Of a DNA stretch of 64,000 nucleotides, positions 39,719 to 51,443 are shown piece by piece; the stretch's first letter is position 1; each line of letters begins with the position of its first letter. Origin of the DNA: Tubiluchus corallicola (taxonomy: Eukaryota > Animalia > Priapulida); the NCBI GenBank assembly GCA_030141605.1, contig JAQGDQ010000581.1:1-64000 (forward strand), written 5' to 3'. The position numbers and the translations under genes are program-made. Under the pieces are notes generated by a model. It was not told where the DNA came from, made no database searches, and worked only from the letters and a program-made list of their open reading frames with translations.

Positions 39719-40884
39719 GCAGAGAATAAAATTGTAACATGTGCTGCCACCTGTCGAGTGATATTAGTAAATGTTACCAAGTTGTCACGTTTAAATAGAT
39801 AAATATGTAAAAAAACGTCATGATTACTATCCGCGGGGATTCAAAGGCATTAATAGACATTAACCCTGTTTACACTAGAGGAAGATACGGGATGCATTCT
39901 CTTAATTCACACCTTTAGTGACTCCTACACTTGCTTGTACTGCATGTAGATATGTGGACTTGCGTTGCCTTTATATCGTTAACAACACAGTGTCAAGCTC
40001 CTTGAATGTAATGAAAAGGGCTTAGTCAGGACTGCAGACTACCTGCAGAGCATAGCAGACAGATACGGCAAGGAGTGTACGTCCGGGTCGTGGAAAATCC
40101 ACTACATGCTTCTGGCTGCATGACTGGATTTGTAAATGGGGTTAATGTTATCCTCGTGATTGATTAAATTTAGATTGATATGGAGTCACTGATGTACATA
40201 CGTGTTTTTCCGATAATGTACATCTAAAGGGATGATTAGGATACAGATTTAACTATCAAGTGCCAATGTTTCATACTTCAATGTTGCATCTTCCGCACTA
40301 TACAGTTTTACATTTTTGCTTTGCTAGTCATTATGTATTAGTTGTATCTTTCACTTAATATATATTTCTGTACAGCTGCACAGTATTAATAGCCTAGGGA
40401 TAATGGTGCCACTTAGCAATGGTTCGCTTAACGACGCGTTTTTTAGCGTCTTTAAGTGAGGACTTACTGTATAGCACGTCACTGTGGTGAAAGATTAGGA
40501 GTTGATTTTTCTTTGGTCAGGATTTTCTTGAGTTTAACAGCAACTGATACGAGTGGTGAGCAGTAGGGGTGAGCATCAAACCTCTGAACTCTATTCGGAC
40601 GAGTTTCTTTAGCAGGGATTTCTTTTTTAACAAATTATTAGTGTTTTTACAGCAGAACAAAATCAAGCAATATGCACGATCTTTGCAAGACCGCTTTTCA
40701 GTAATGTTTCAAAAAATTAAACCCGAAATCTTGAAATTCGGTTCGATTTGAATTCACTGTTTGATAGAAAATGCTCAGCTCTACTGAGGAATCTCATGAT
40801 TGTTAATGAACAAGAAAAGTGCAATTTAATGTGAGTTTCGAAAAAAAATTTACTTACAGAGTTGATATTACATTATGAAAATAA

Positions 40885-41135
40885 AAATAATAATAATAAT
40901 AATATTTCTTTAAAGCCCGCTTTTGCGTCAACAATTAACATTAGCTCAAAGAGCTATTATCGCCGACTGTAAATAACCTACAACTGCATACCGGAGATTA
41001 TTATTACCCCACTTTTACCCTAAATACCACGTGCCAGCCAGGGCAAAGCGGTACCATTTTTAAAGTCTTCGGCATTACCCGGCGCTGGTTTGAACTCACG
41101 ACCTCCCAAGCAGACGCATTACAATTAGACTAAAC
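40885..41135 (-). mobile_element. Degenerate tRNA-SINE; related head fragment at ~60198-60260 (+)
   Basis: B-box-like GAGTTCAAACC, GGTACCATTTTTAAAGTCTT body, (AAT)n tail. Confidence 0.55.
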
Positions 41136-42145
41136 CGTCTGGTCGAAATCTATATCAATATCATTAGTATAACTATTTACGCATTCAGATTTTGCCCTAT
41201 AAGTATTTATATTTCAGCAGCCATATTAGACTCTTGTCAGTGTTTTTTAAATGGTGTTTTTTTCGACCACCGGGTGACTGTGACAAAACAATTTGCCAGA
41301 ATTTTACATACAAAACAATTGTAAGCGGGGAGGTTTTCTTGAAATTGACATCGTCCGATAAGCAAAGAAAACTTTTCTGTATGCCATTGCATAGAACATT
41401 TTTTATTATGAGAAACGCCATGGATAGGAATTCATGTTAATCAAACATCATATACTAGTGATGAGCGATTAATAGATCAATCGAGATTACAGCCTCGTAT
41501 AAATCGATATAATCGGTTACTGAACATTAATTCAGTTAATCGAAAGTAAAATATACGTGTTGCACACTGACTAACAGACCCTGTTTTAGCACAAATAAAT
41601 GTAATTTTTGCATTTTTTCTTCATTTTTTTTCACACTATTGCAAATCGCAGTGTTGCAAACCGGTACTTCTTATTCGTTTTCACCTGATGTATGTAGCTG
41701 ACATTTTGCAAGTATGACAATGGCAGATAGTGACCAAAGCCACGAAGAAGTTTAAAGGATATATTTCGGTGCTCTTAATATTTGAAAAATATGGCTAAAA
41801 CACTAGCAAATTACAGCAAAAGAATAATCGTGAAACTGAATTACAAGAACAAGATTGTAATCGATTTAGAAAATTTTGAAATTGTCCATCGCTATCGTGT
41901 ACTCGCAAAATTGTCGTAAGCAGTATTAATTTTCAAGCCGGTTATCTCTGAAACTTGCGTTAAAATACCTTTATCTTGTCCATTAGCAACAGGCATAGCT
42001 CTGTGATATTTTCTTACAAATTTGCCGAGCCTGTGTGTACCGATTTGCCTTTACTTTGTATATAAATTAGAATGTAATCGCATATTTATTCATTTAATAA
42101 ATATTTATACTCACTCATTGCTTAGATTGTTGATGTACGAGAGGA

Positions 42146-42190
42146 TCATGACGCTGTTGATTTAAACACGGATTTCACTTCCCAAATTTC
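42146..42190 (-). CDS. METTL22: METTL22-like last exon (EIWEVKSVFKSTAS*)
   Basis: tttttcag acceptor, E.W motif, stop; AATAAA (minus) at 42085-42090; 8 exons total 990 nt. Confidence 0.85.
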   Translation of the reverse strand, partial: EIWEVKSVFKSTAS

Positions 42191-42710
42191 CTGAAAAATA
42201 CAACAGTGATTATTATTAGCGAGCCAAATGATGCAAATGAATTTTACGGATATAAGATTCACAGAACAGAATTGCAAGCAAACAATAATTAGACTTGTAT
42301 TTAAAAGGGCAGTAAGTGTGAGGGCAGTGTACGAGTAAAGTCCTAAAAACCGTGACAGTATTGGAACTCCTGGAACGGGCCGCTTCTATTCAAATGTACA
42401 GAGAAACTATCAGTAGATGAGTCAAATAACTCCGTATAATTGACTCAATATTTTTTCTTCAACCACGAAAAATAAGATTGCTCCGTTTCTAAAATTCATT
42501 AAAAACCTTAGCAGTGCATACTAAGCTGATGACTCGTACTTGTACACCTGTAATACTACACCCATCGGTTAATAGGGTCAGTCTGTTAACTGGGTCAAAA
42601 CACGTCGGTCCCAAAGCGACTATATTAAGTGGCGCCTACTGTAGTAAAATTAGCTCGTTACACTCAAATATACATGTTGTTAATAGAATAAGGTGAACAG
42701 CTAACATTAC

Positions 42711-42879
42711 CAAGTGTTTCGTCCTGTCGTACGAAAAGCATTGTGGGAAAGAGATCGATATTTGACGAACGGCAAATGACAATGCGTCGGTACTATAATC
42801 GGCTAACTCTTGAAGACTCCTTCGGAAGTGTTCGTAGCAAGGAGAAGCTACATCAAGATCAGCCAGAGTGAAATTAAGT
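42711..42879 (-). CDS. METTL22: METTL22-like exon 7 (RLNFTLADLDVASPCYEHF...FPQCFSYDRTKHL)
   Basis: EKR.NFTL and FPQ...Y.R motifs; phase 2-0. Confidence 0.92.
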
Positions 42880-43121
42880 CTGAAAAACAAAATGTCATGT
42901 GATTTCAGACGTTCTTTTGGGAAATAAAGCTGCTAAATAAGGTGAATTTGATTGTGCATACTTAAAGAAAAACAATGATATTTTTTTCAGCTTCTACATC
43001 AACTTTGTGTACAATCTAAATCATTCATTTTCTTATTCATTGAATGTACTGAGTGAATTAAAACATACATTCAGTAACTACCAAAATACTTCTGATAATG
43101 AAATAATAGTTCAGAAAATTA

Positions 43122-43662
43122 AAGGAAAACTGGCTCTGTAAACATTAATTCAGAATATGGAATGCTCTAAAATATTGAAAACTACAATAGCTTTTTAAAA
43201 TAAAGCTTAGATTAAATGATAATTACCTCGGATACTCAAATTTCGTTAAACTTTCAAAGCTGCGTGCGGCTCAGTGAATCTACTAAGATTGGCAGCGGCG
43301 CCTTTTTGTCACATGCGCGTGGCCGACAAATAGAAGACGAATAGATAACCATCATCATGAACTGCAGTGTTAGTTTCTGACGTCATATGATGTAAAGCAC
43401 ATTTTTCGTGACATCACGCGTCTAAACAGTACTGTAACATTTACGTAAACGTGCTTGATGTCAAAGGGAAGATGCCTGCCATTGCACAAACTGTGGTTAG
43501 TTTCTGACTTAAACAATAGTTGTGTTCGGTTGCTGTTAATTAACTTTCTAAGCTAATTATCGAAATATTCGAAACAATTGCGCACTTTTATACGCAAAAA
43601 AATGTATATTTTGGACAGTAAATTAAAATGAGACTGAGTCTAAACAATCATCTGGTCTTCCT
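43122..43662. mobile_element. Kolobok-like MITE with TTAA flanks; inverted partial copy at ~14396-14810
   Basis: TTAA-AGGAAAAC...GTCTTCCT-TTAA ends. Confidence 0.7.
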
Positions 43663-43913
43663 TTAACTAACAGCTGATGGCGCAACACAAACAGTATTTT
43701 CACTGTAGAAACCCTTTTTTGTACGTGTGTGTAGAAGGGAAAATTGAAATTGAACAGTATAATACTAACTATGAAATGTGACAAATATTAAGTTCACATC
43801 TTCAAGTTTTGGGTTTCTCGCTGGGCTAACGCTCCGCTTCATGAGTCTGCAATAAGTGCGTTGTCGATAATGTACTGCGCAATGCGGTTTCAAAATACAG
43901 GCGCTGTTTACAT

Positions 43914-44408
43914 CAGGGGTGTGCAAATTGCAGCTCGCAGAGAGAATTTGAGCGGGCCACGAAGAGATTTGTCAACCTAATGAAAGTGCGGCCCGGGCGA
44001 TTAATTGAGTGTATCCAGCTGAAGTTCGTGCCACGATCCCAAAGATAGTGCGGGTACTTTTTTCTACTAGATCGGATGCCATTAACCCTTACAAGACGGT
44101 TGTAGCTTAATGTCACTGTACTACACAGACTGTGTGATACACATTGCTAATATGCATTGTAATGAAATTACCACTATCTGTCCTGAAAGTAGAAATATAT
44201 GGTTTGTAATATAAATTTTAATAACTTCTAAAATAGTTTCTTGAGTGTAGTAGTGCAGTAGTAATGAGTGATGTACGCAGGTAGGATGCAAAAAAAATCG
44301 TTATTAGGCCTTTCTGTACTTGGCTCCTTGATCAAACTGTCTGTGGCCCGCAGGAATTGTGGGAAAGTTTATTGTGGCCCGGCTAGTCAGATAATTTGCA
44401 CACCCCTG
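43914..44408. mobile_element. hAT (Charlie-like) MITE
   Basis: TIR CAGGGGTGTGCAAATT; perfect 8-bp TSD GTTTACAT. Confidence 0.92.
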
Positions 44409-44640
44409 GTTTACATGAAAAATCAACAAACCTAGGCATCTATTATAATAACGGTTTAATGTGAGTCATTAAATAAACAACAGTTTCCATTTCAGTATTT
44501 TAATGTTAGGAAAATTTGCGCTAGGGTCTGTGACTGGGTCCTATCTTTCCCTACATTGGTCATCAACTCAGTAAGGACTACTCAACGATAGCAAGTCTTT
44601 GCAGAGTTAGAAAACACAAAACTTCCAGCACAAGGATCAG

Positions 44641-45030
44641 TTGTTGGCATCCTTCTGTCTTCGGAAGACAATGGAGTGTGCGCCAAGAGAGTCAGTTCTT
44701 GATCACATTGATGGAGCTGCAGCGTCGACTGTGGCTGAGCAGTCGGATCCTTGAACCACTGGAGTGGCCTCTCCAGGGTGCACGCCTGGGCAAGGTGTAT
44801 GGAGATCCTGAGTTGCCCAGACAACAGGATACCCCTCTCTTCCTCCCTGGTGTAGTCCAAAGCAAAGCGGATCGGTACGTTTGGCACCAGGTTGGCTGCA
44901 GGAGCTGCCGGAGTCAGTGAGCATGCTGCACTGGTCCACCTTCGGGGCTCCACTCCTGATTTGGAAGGTTTTCTCCTCTACACATGACCGTTGGGTCACT
45001 TGACCTCCTCCGCCCTCTAGCCATTGGCTG
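44641..45030 (-). mobile_element. 5'-truncated second copy of the RTE-like body (no 5S head)
   Basis: Near-identical to 5457-5845; same 3' end GACAGAAGGATGCCAACAA. Confidence 0.85.
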
Positions 45031-45072
45031 ATTGACAAACATCAGTGAATGAGTAATAATATGCAAGCATAC

Positions 45073-45172
45073 CTTTTCTCAATGGCAATAAAAAGACTTT
45101 TCACAGGTGGAATAATAAGAAGAGAGAAAGCGGTTCTCAGAAAAGCATCGGTTAAATCGTCATCGTAAACAA
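45073..45172 (-). CDS. METTL22: METTL22-like exon 6 (VVYDDDLTDAF...FIAIEK)
   Basis: YDDDLTDA motif; phase 1-2. Confidence 0.92.
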
Positions 45173-45248
45173 CTGAAAAAACCAAAGATGAAGACTGAAA
45201 ATAACTACTACAACTACAACTGCAGGCAAAAATTTTGAATATTTAAAC

Positions 45249-45664
45249 CAGGGATGTGCAAGTTGTGGCCCGCCGAGAGAATTTGTGCGGCCCACAAAGA
45301 GATTTGTCAACCTAATGAAAGTGCGGCCCGGGCGATTAATTCAGTGTATCCAGCTGAAGTCTGTGCCACATCCCAAAGATAGTGCGGGTAGTTTTTTCTA
45401 CTAGATCGGATACCATTAACCCTTACAAGACGGCTGTAGCTTAATGTCACTGTACTACACAGACTGTATGATACACATTACTAATATGCATTGTAATGAA
45501 ATTACCACTATCTGTCCTGAAAGTAGAAATATATGGTTTGTAATATAAATTTTAATAACTTCTAATATAGTTTTTTGAGTGTAGTAGTAATGATGTACGC
45601 AGGTCGGATGCTCCTTGATCAAACTGCCTGTGGCCCGGCTAGTCAGATAATTTGCACACCCCTG
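45249..45664. mobile_element. hAT MITE, second copy
   Basis: Same family as 43914-44408; 8-bp TSD ATTTAAAC/TTTTAAAC. Confidence 0.88.
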
Positions 45665-46141
45665 TTTTAAACAGTCTAAACACTTAAAACGGACTAAAAA
45701 CATCTACAAAATCGGAAAAATTTTTTGTAATCAGCTCCGAGCGCTGCTGAATTAGCTCCTTTTACGAGTTTTATACATTTTAATTAGCAATTTATAAAGA
45801 TAATTAATGAATATTCAATTGTTAATATGCAGATGTGCAGAAACTTTCTATACTTTACAATGGGTACAATTCATTTAATTATTGCTTGACAGTTTCGGAA
45901 GGGAAAATAATAATTGTTTATCATTAAATCAATCAAGTCTATTAATTCAATTATCAAATAAATTGAATCAAGATCAAATCAAATTATAAATCTATTTTCA
46001 CAGTTTAACAAAGAATGTAATAAGTTTCATTGATAAAACCACGGACGGTGGTAAATAACCGTACCTGTGAAATGTTTAGGTGCTTAATGTTTCAAAATAA
46101 GAACTACAAGAGCATTAAATTCAAGTATTCATCGTACGTAC

Positions 46142-46225
46142 CATCTGCGGCAAAGATGTACTTCACTTCGTTAAATTCTTGCAATTCAGCAGAACTCAAA
46201 GAAAATTTTGAGCTGCCCTGTACAC
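46142..46225 (-). CDS. METTL22: METTL22-like exon 5 (...KYIFAAD)
   Basis: tttcag/gtacgt sites; start of AADVVYD motif. Confidence 0.88.
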
Positions 46226-46258
46226 CTGAAAGATAAATAGAGATCATCCTAAATCAAA

Positions 46259-47248
46259 ACAAGATGTAACAAACACAGCGGTGGCTTCGTTGCTAAACAC
46301 AGAATGTACGACAAGATGTGACAAGCACAGCAGTGGCTTCCTTGCTAAACACAGAATGACAAGATGTAACAAACACAGCAATGGCTTCGTTGCTAAACAC
46401 AGAATGTACGACAAGATGTAACGAACACAGCAATGGCTTCGTCGCTAAACACAGAATGTACGACAAGATGTAACAAACACAGCAGTGGCTTCGTCGCTAA
46501 ACACAGAATGTACGACAAGATGTAACAAACACAGCAGTGGCTTCGTTGCTAAACACAGAATGTACGACAAGATGTAACAAACACAGCAGTGGCTTCGTTG
46601 CTAAACACAGAATGTACGACAAGATGTAACAAACACAGCAGTGGCTTCGTTGCTAAACACAGAATGTACGACAAGATGTAACAAACACAGCAGTGGCTTC
46701 GTTGCTAAACACAGAATGACAAGATGTAACAAACACAGCAATGGCTTCGTTGCTAAACACAGAATGACAAGATGTAACAAACACAGCAGTGGCTTCGTTG
46801 CTAAACACAGAATGTACGACAAGATGTAACAAACACAGCAGTGGCTTCGTTGCTAAACACAGAATGTACGACAAGATACAAACACAGCAGTGGCTTCGTT
46901 GCTAAACACAGAATGTACGACAAGATGTAACAAACACAGCAGTGGCTTCGTCGCTAAACACAGAATGTACGACAAGATGTAACAAACACAGCAGTGGCTT
47001 TCTTGCTAAACACAGAATGACAAGATGTAACAAACACAGCAGTGGCTTCGTTGCTAAACACAGAATGTACGACAAGATGTAACAAACACAGCAGTGGCTT
47101 CGTTGCTAAACACAGAATGTACGACAAGATGTAACAAACACAGCAGTGGCTTCGTCGCTAAACACAGAATGTACGACAAGATGTAACAAACACGGCTGTG
47201 GCTTCGTCGCTAAACACAGAATGTACGACAAGATGTAACAAACACGGC
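46259..47248. repeat. Minisatellite, 52-bp unit (48-bp variants) x ~19
   Basis: Unit ACAAGATGTAACAAACACAGCAGTGGCTTCGTTGCTAAACACAGAATGTACG; fills most of a METTL22 intron. Confidence 0.95.
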
Positions 47249-47375
47249 GATATGGTCATTTGGTCTTGCTCAGTAAAGCAACGTGGTGCCATTTCACGCC
47301 TGTTGGAGTCAACACGCGTGTGGACAAGCATGCCTCTGTTCGCAAAATTTTAAAGAATACTGGATCAGAACTTAC

Positions 47376-47501
47376 ATGCATCATTAGATAATGGGCACGA
47401 CCAGTCCAAGTTTCTGACCAACACCGAATCGGCGTGTCTGAACAAGTGACCATTTCTTTGAATGTTTTTCTCACATTGTTCTAGAACCTTCTCACCGGTG
47501 T
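47376..47501 (-). CDS. METTL22: METTL22-like exon 4 (DTGEKVLEQCEKNIQRN...VRNLDW)
   Basis: LDW motif; cacag/gtaagt sites; phase 1-1. Confidence 0.9.
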
Positions 47502-47941
47502 CTGTGAAATGAACTTTTGTTTAGCATAAACTAAATGAAATACAACACACATTAAAACCAGTAAATACACTTTCATTCTGCAGACTTGAACATATTGCAC
47601 CTAGACTGATACAGACAGATGTACATTTCAAGATTTCAAGATGTTGAAAATCTTGAAATTTACGTGTCTAAACTAGCAAATGGGGAAATGCATTTAGCAA
47701 CAAAGTAGTTACACGAATGCAAAAGAACATTTTTGTGGTAATTATTCTTTCACACAAGTCATTATTGAAAAAAAACAGTATGTTCTCCTTTAATATTCTT
47801 ATTCTTATGCTTGTTATTCTTTAACTTTTTCAGTATCTTTCGAGGAGTTAGTCTTAATATTATTATTAATATTAATATTAGTATCAATAAAACACCTAAA
47901 GTTAATGTAATTATGTACGTCTCTAATTATTAGACTGATAC

Positions 47942-48127
47942 CTGTACAAAAGACTTTCCTCGCCATAAGAGCTAGCACAATAGAACACAACCCGGTGCCG
48001 GCACCCAGTTCTAGAACAGTTTCGTCAGCAAACAAGCGCCACTGGTTTAAGATGAAGTCGCTCAAAACTAGAGACCCCCGCCAGACTTGTAGTCCTACTT
48101 TGTCCAACGGGGTACTCATGGCGTGAC
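47942..48127 (-). CDS. METTL22: METTL22-like exon 3 (HAMSTPLDKVGLQVWRGSLVLSDFI...VLELGAGTGL)
   Basis: SAM-binding motif I VLELGAGTG; VG.QVWRG motif. Confidence 0.95.
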
Positions 48128-49044
48128 CTAAACGCAATTGTGGTTGATTAGAAAACAGCCGCGAAAGATTAAGGCCAGGATTTCGCAGGGTTTGCGACTT
48201 TGGCGACTACCAGGAATCGTGGGTGTTCACCAGTGTCGGCAAAAGATTGCTGGCATCGGCAAAAAATTTTAAAATGTTTAAAACCGGCGTCGTTAAACCC
48301 GCTACTTCTCCAAGCTATCGTAACACGATGTGTCTGCATGCTCTTAGAAACTCTGCGGCTTCGTTAGGGAAATGAATTTTGGAAAGAGCAAATTCAGCGT
48401 CACCCGGCAAACAAATAAATTGTTTCGAAAAGACGACAACAGCTGGAAAATGTTTCCATTACTGCAGGAGCATTTAGTGAATGTTTTGAAATGAACGTTC
48501 GAGAATAAAAAGACAAAATAATGAACAGCAAGGGTCAGGAGGCTTCAACACCTAGCAAATATTGAAAGTGAGACGCAGCTCTTGGTGAGTGCATAGAAAA
48601 ACACTCACTCACATCGCTAGAGATAGAGAGACGCACAAAGTCTGCTTCGTCAACTATTTTTCAGCAGGAAATCTTCCATTTATTTTGATACTTTCTAGTA
48701 TTGCAAGTATTAGTTTCGTGTAAATTATATTTGCATAGCAGCCCAGTGAGCAATTAAAATTCACTCACTCAAATATACAATGCAAAAATTCAAGTGCAGA
48801 GTATTCATTGATTTTGCATTCACACCTTTACCCATTTTTGCACAGCGAAAACGAAAATTGTACTTCCTAACACTGTTCCAGTATTTTCTCAAGTTACAGT
48901 AACTGTGAAACGTTTAAAAACCTTCATAAAGTAATTCATAAAAAAGACCCACATCCCACATTACGTGAGACAAACTTGGCTTCCTATTGTTGTTCTAAAG
49001 CAGTACATACAGTATTTATATGCACACACAGACTGAATACTCAC

Positions 49045-49209
49045 CCACATAAATGACGGCTTCATTAGCGTCACTGCCGTTTCTTCTGGCAACAATAAAA
49101 TCCCCGTCTTCGTCGACCGTCGTATCTTGCGTCACAGACATAGCAGCATTATTCTGGAATTGTCCTGAGAGATCCGATGGAATCGTAAAACAAAATGCAG
49201 AAATCACAT
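49045..49209 (-). CDS. METTL22: METTL22-like exon 2 (...VDEDGDFIVARR...)
   Basis: DEDGD..V.RR motif typical of METTL22; phase 1-1. Confidence 0.88.
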
Positions 49210-50194
49210 CTGAAAAAAGTTGTTAAATTTACAAATAAATGACGCATTTAATTCTGAAAGATTACGTAATATGCCTAAAACTGAACTGCTCAGTTTCTAA
49301 CTCTTGCAAGTCTATTTAGCAGTGTTGGTATGAATGGTCATTGGCCATTAATTAATGATCGTTGATTAGTCAACCTCGGATATAATGGACATGTCCGGAC
49401 TGGAAAAAATAGTCCCTTATATCCAATGTCCCTTATAGCCGAAGTTGATTCAGACCAAGTTTCAGAAGTTTTGATGCTCGATGCTGATTCAGTCAGTCGG
49501 TTCTAGAACTTGAGATGTACTTGAGAGCAGTGAATCATTCAGCAACTGAAGAACCTGATGAGGAATTGTAAATTGAGATGTAGATTTCACATACGAGGGC
49601 CCGCGCGGGGTCTCGGCATGGGCTTTTTAGGATGTAAAAATATTTGTTCATACGGTCCCTTAAATGCGAGGTAATTTACCTGGGTTTCTATTATGCGGGA
49701 CCTGAAGATATCATCCCTTATAACCGAAAGTCCCTTATATCAGAGTACCTTATATACGAAGAGTTTTAGAAGGAAAAACGTTACCAGTGTTGCCGGTCCC
49801 TTATAAGCGAGTACCTTACACCCGAGCTTGACATTGGATTTTGCTTCCACGTGAAAGTACAGCCAATCTATGTAACTTATTGCAAAATACAATGGGGCTT
49901 ACAATTTATTCTTTGAATTACGATAACTCGTTTTATCTCCGGAACAGAGCAAAAATTAACGTGTTCAATGCCACATAATTCATATTGTAACTGGCAAAGG
50001 GGAATATTTTACGAAAAGAAAAATTGCTACTGCTATGGGTACCACTATAGATTACTGATTACTGTCAAAACTGTAGCTGTTGACACCCGCTTCCCATAAT
50101 TCCCGCTGCTGTTGCCCAGTACTACAAATTTTTGTCAACACCAGCTTCATCACTTCATTTCAAAAGTAGTTCTGTTTTGTGTGATATAATTTAA

Positions 50195-50765
50195 CCCTTT
50201 CACTACGGAAGGCGGCATTGTTCATGCAAGGGACGGAAGGCAGTAGCCTGCCACCCAAGCTCAGCACTAAGCGCAGTCACCCAGGTCTGTTTATTTCATT
50301 ACTACGGCCATGCAAAACAACGTAGAAAGTTTAATAGAGTAGCTCTAACCAGCCAATCAGCATCTGAAATCAGGTGCATTCCACAGTACTGTACTGTATG
50401 GTATGTTCTCACACAAAATCACTTATAGATCGTCGATGAAACGTATGTTTAGTTAACTGTTCTGCATTCTTATAAAATGGTTGCATATTATGGATTAGTA
50501 TTGTGTCTTTTGCGAAAACTGATTTCTAAATATAAGTACATGTTTATTTATGATTGTGTGCACATGTGTGTACATGAGTGCACGTATGTGCTCGCATGTA
50601 TAAAACTAGAACTAATATCTAATACTAGTACTCAAAAACCAACAACTATTTGTTTATTTACAAGATTCTGTTTTACAAGAATTACAAAATTTAGTAACAC
50701 ACTACAAGAAGTTATTGTCAAATGTGCAAAGTCAATGTGTAAAAAGCAACAACGTAGTGAAAGGG
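50195..50765. mobile_element. piggyBac-like MITE
   Basis: TIR CCCTTTCACTACG; TTAA left flank, TTGA right flank. Confidence 0.75.
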
Positions 50766-51328
50766 TTGAAGCGTCTACAGGGTAGAAAACAAAAGTCGCA
50801 ACACACCAGAGTGCAGCACACGTTCAGTAATAACAGTAATATTTTCTGCAAGTTTTGCACAAGTTTTTGCTTATAGGTATTTTGTGGCCCGTATATTAAC
50901 TTTCTGGTCAACAGAGGACAGCACTACTGTTTATTTTCAATGGCCTGATTCATGAAGTGTGCTTGGCGTGTGCAGGTATTATTGCTACTGGTATACTCGT
51001 CGGTTAATTTGCACATTAAGCATGACGGTACAGTTCGTCAATGCAGGCCAGCCACTTTCATGATGTGAGATGTTCGTCGTAGAAGCAATGAAATGGTTAA
51101 TAAAAAAAATCCATAAATTGCTGCTTCTAAAAATTCCAACGACAATTCACAAACTTCAGTGAACGCTACAACTATTGGGGCTATGTCATGGATGCCGCTC
51201 TAAAGTATATAACAGCCCTGCAGTTATACGCTAGCATTTCCCATAGTACTGCTGCTGCTGGCCAATAAGAGTGAGACAGTTTGCTGCCTGGTAACAAACT
51301 ACAATCTAAACACTAATAAAACACCTAC

Positions 51329-51443
51329 CTTGTTGCCTTGTACTTCTTTGGTTTTCCGCAACACATTCTGGTCCACACTGTGCTTCATTAGCTGTGTATA
51401 CATGAACATCTGACAAATATAAATCTACTGTATCACCCTGCAT
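51329..51443 (-). CDS. METTL22: METTL22-like protein-lysine methyltransferase, coding exon 1 (MQGDTVDLYLSDVHVY...)
   Basis: LSDVH N-terminal motif; G|gtaggt donor. Confidence 0.8.

Noticed and set aside
35946-47248. CRISPR-like arrays
   Set aside because: Units are contiguous with no unique spacers, there are no cas genes, and the context is eukaryotic.
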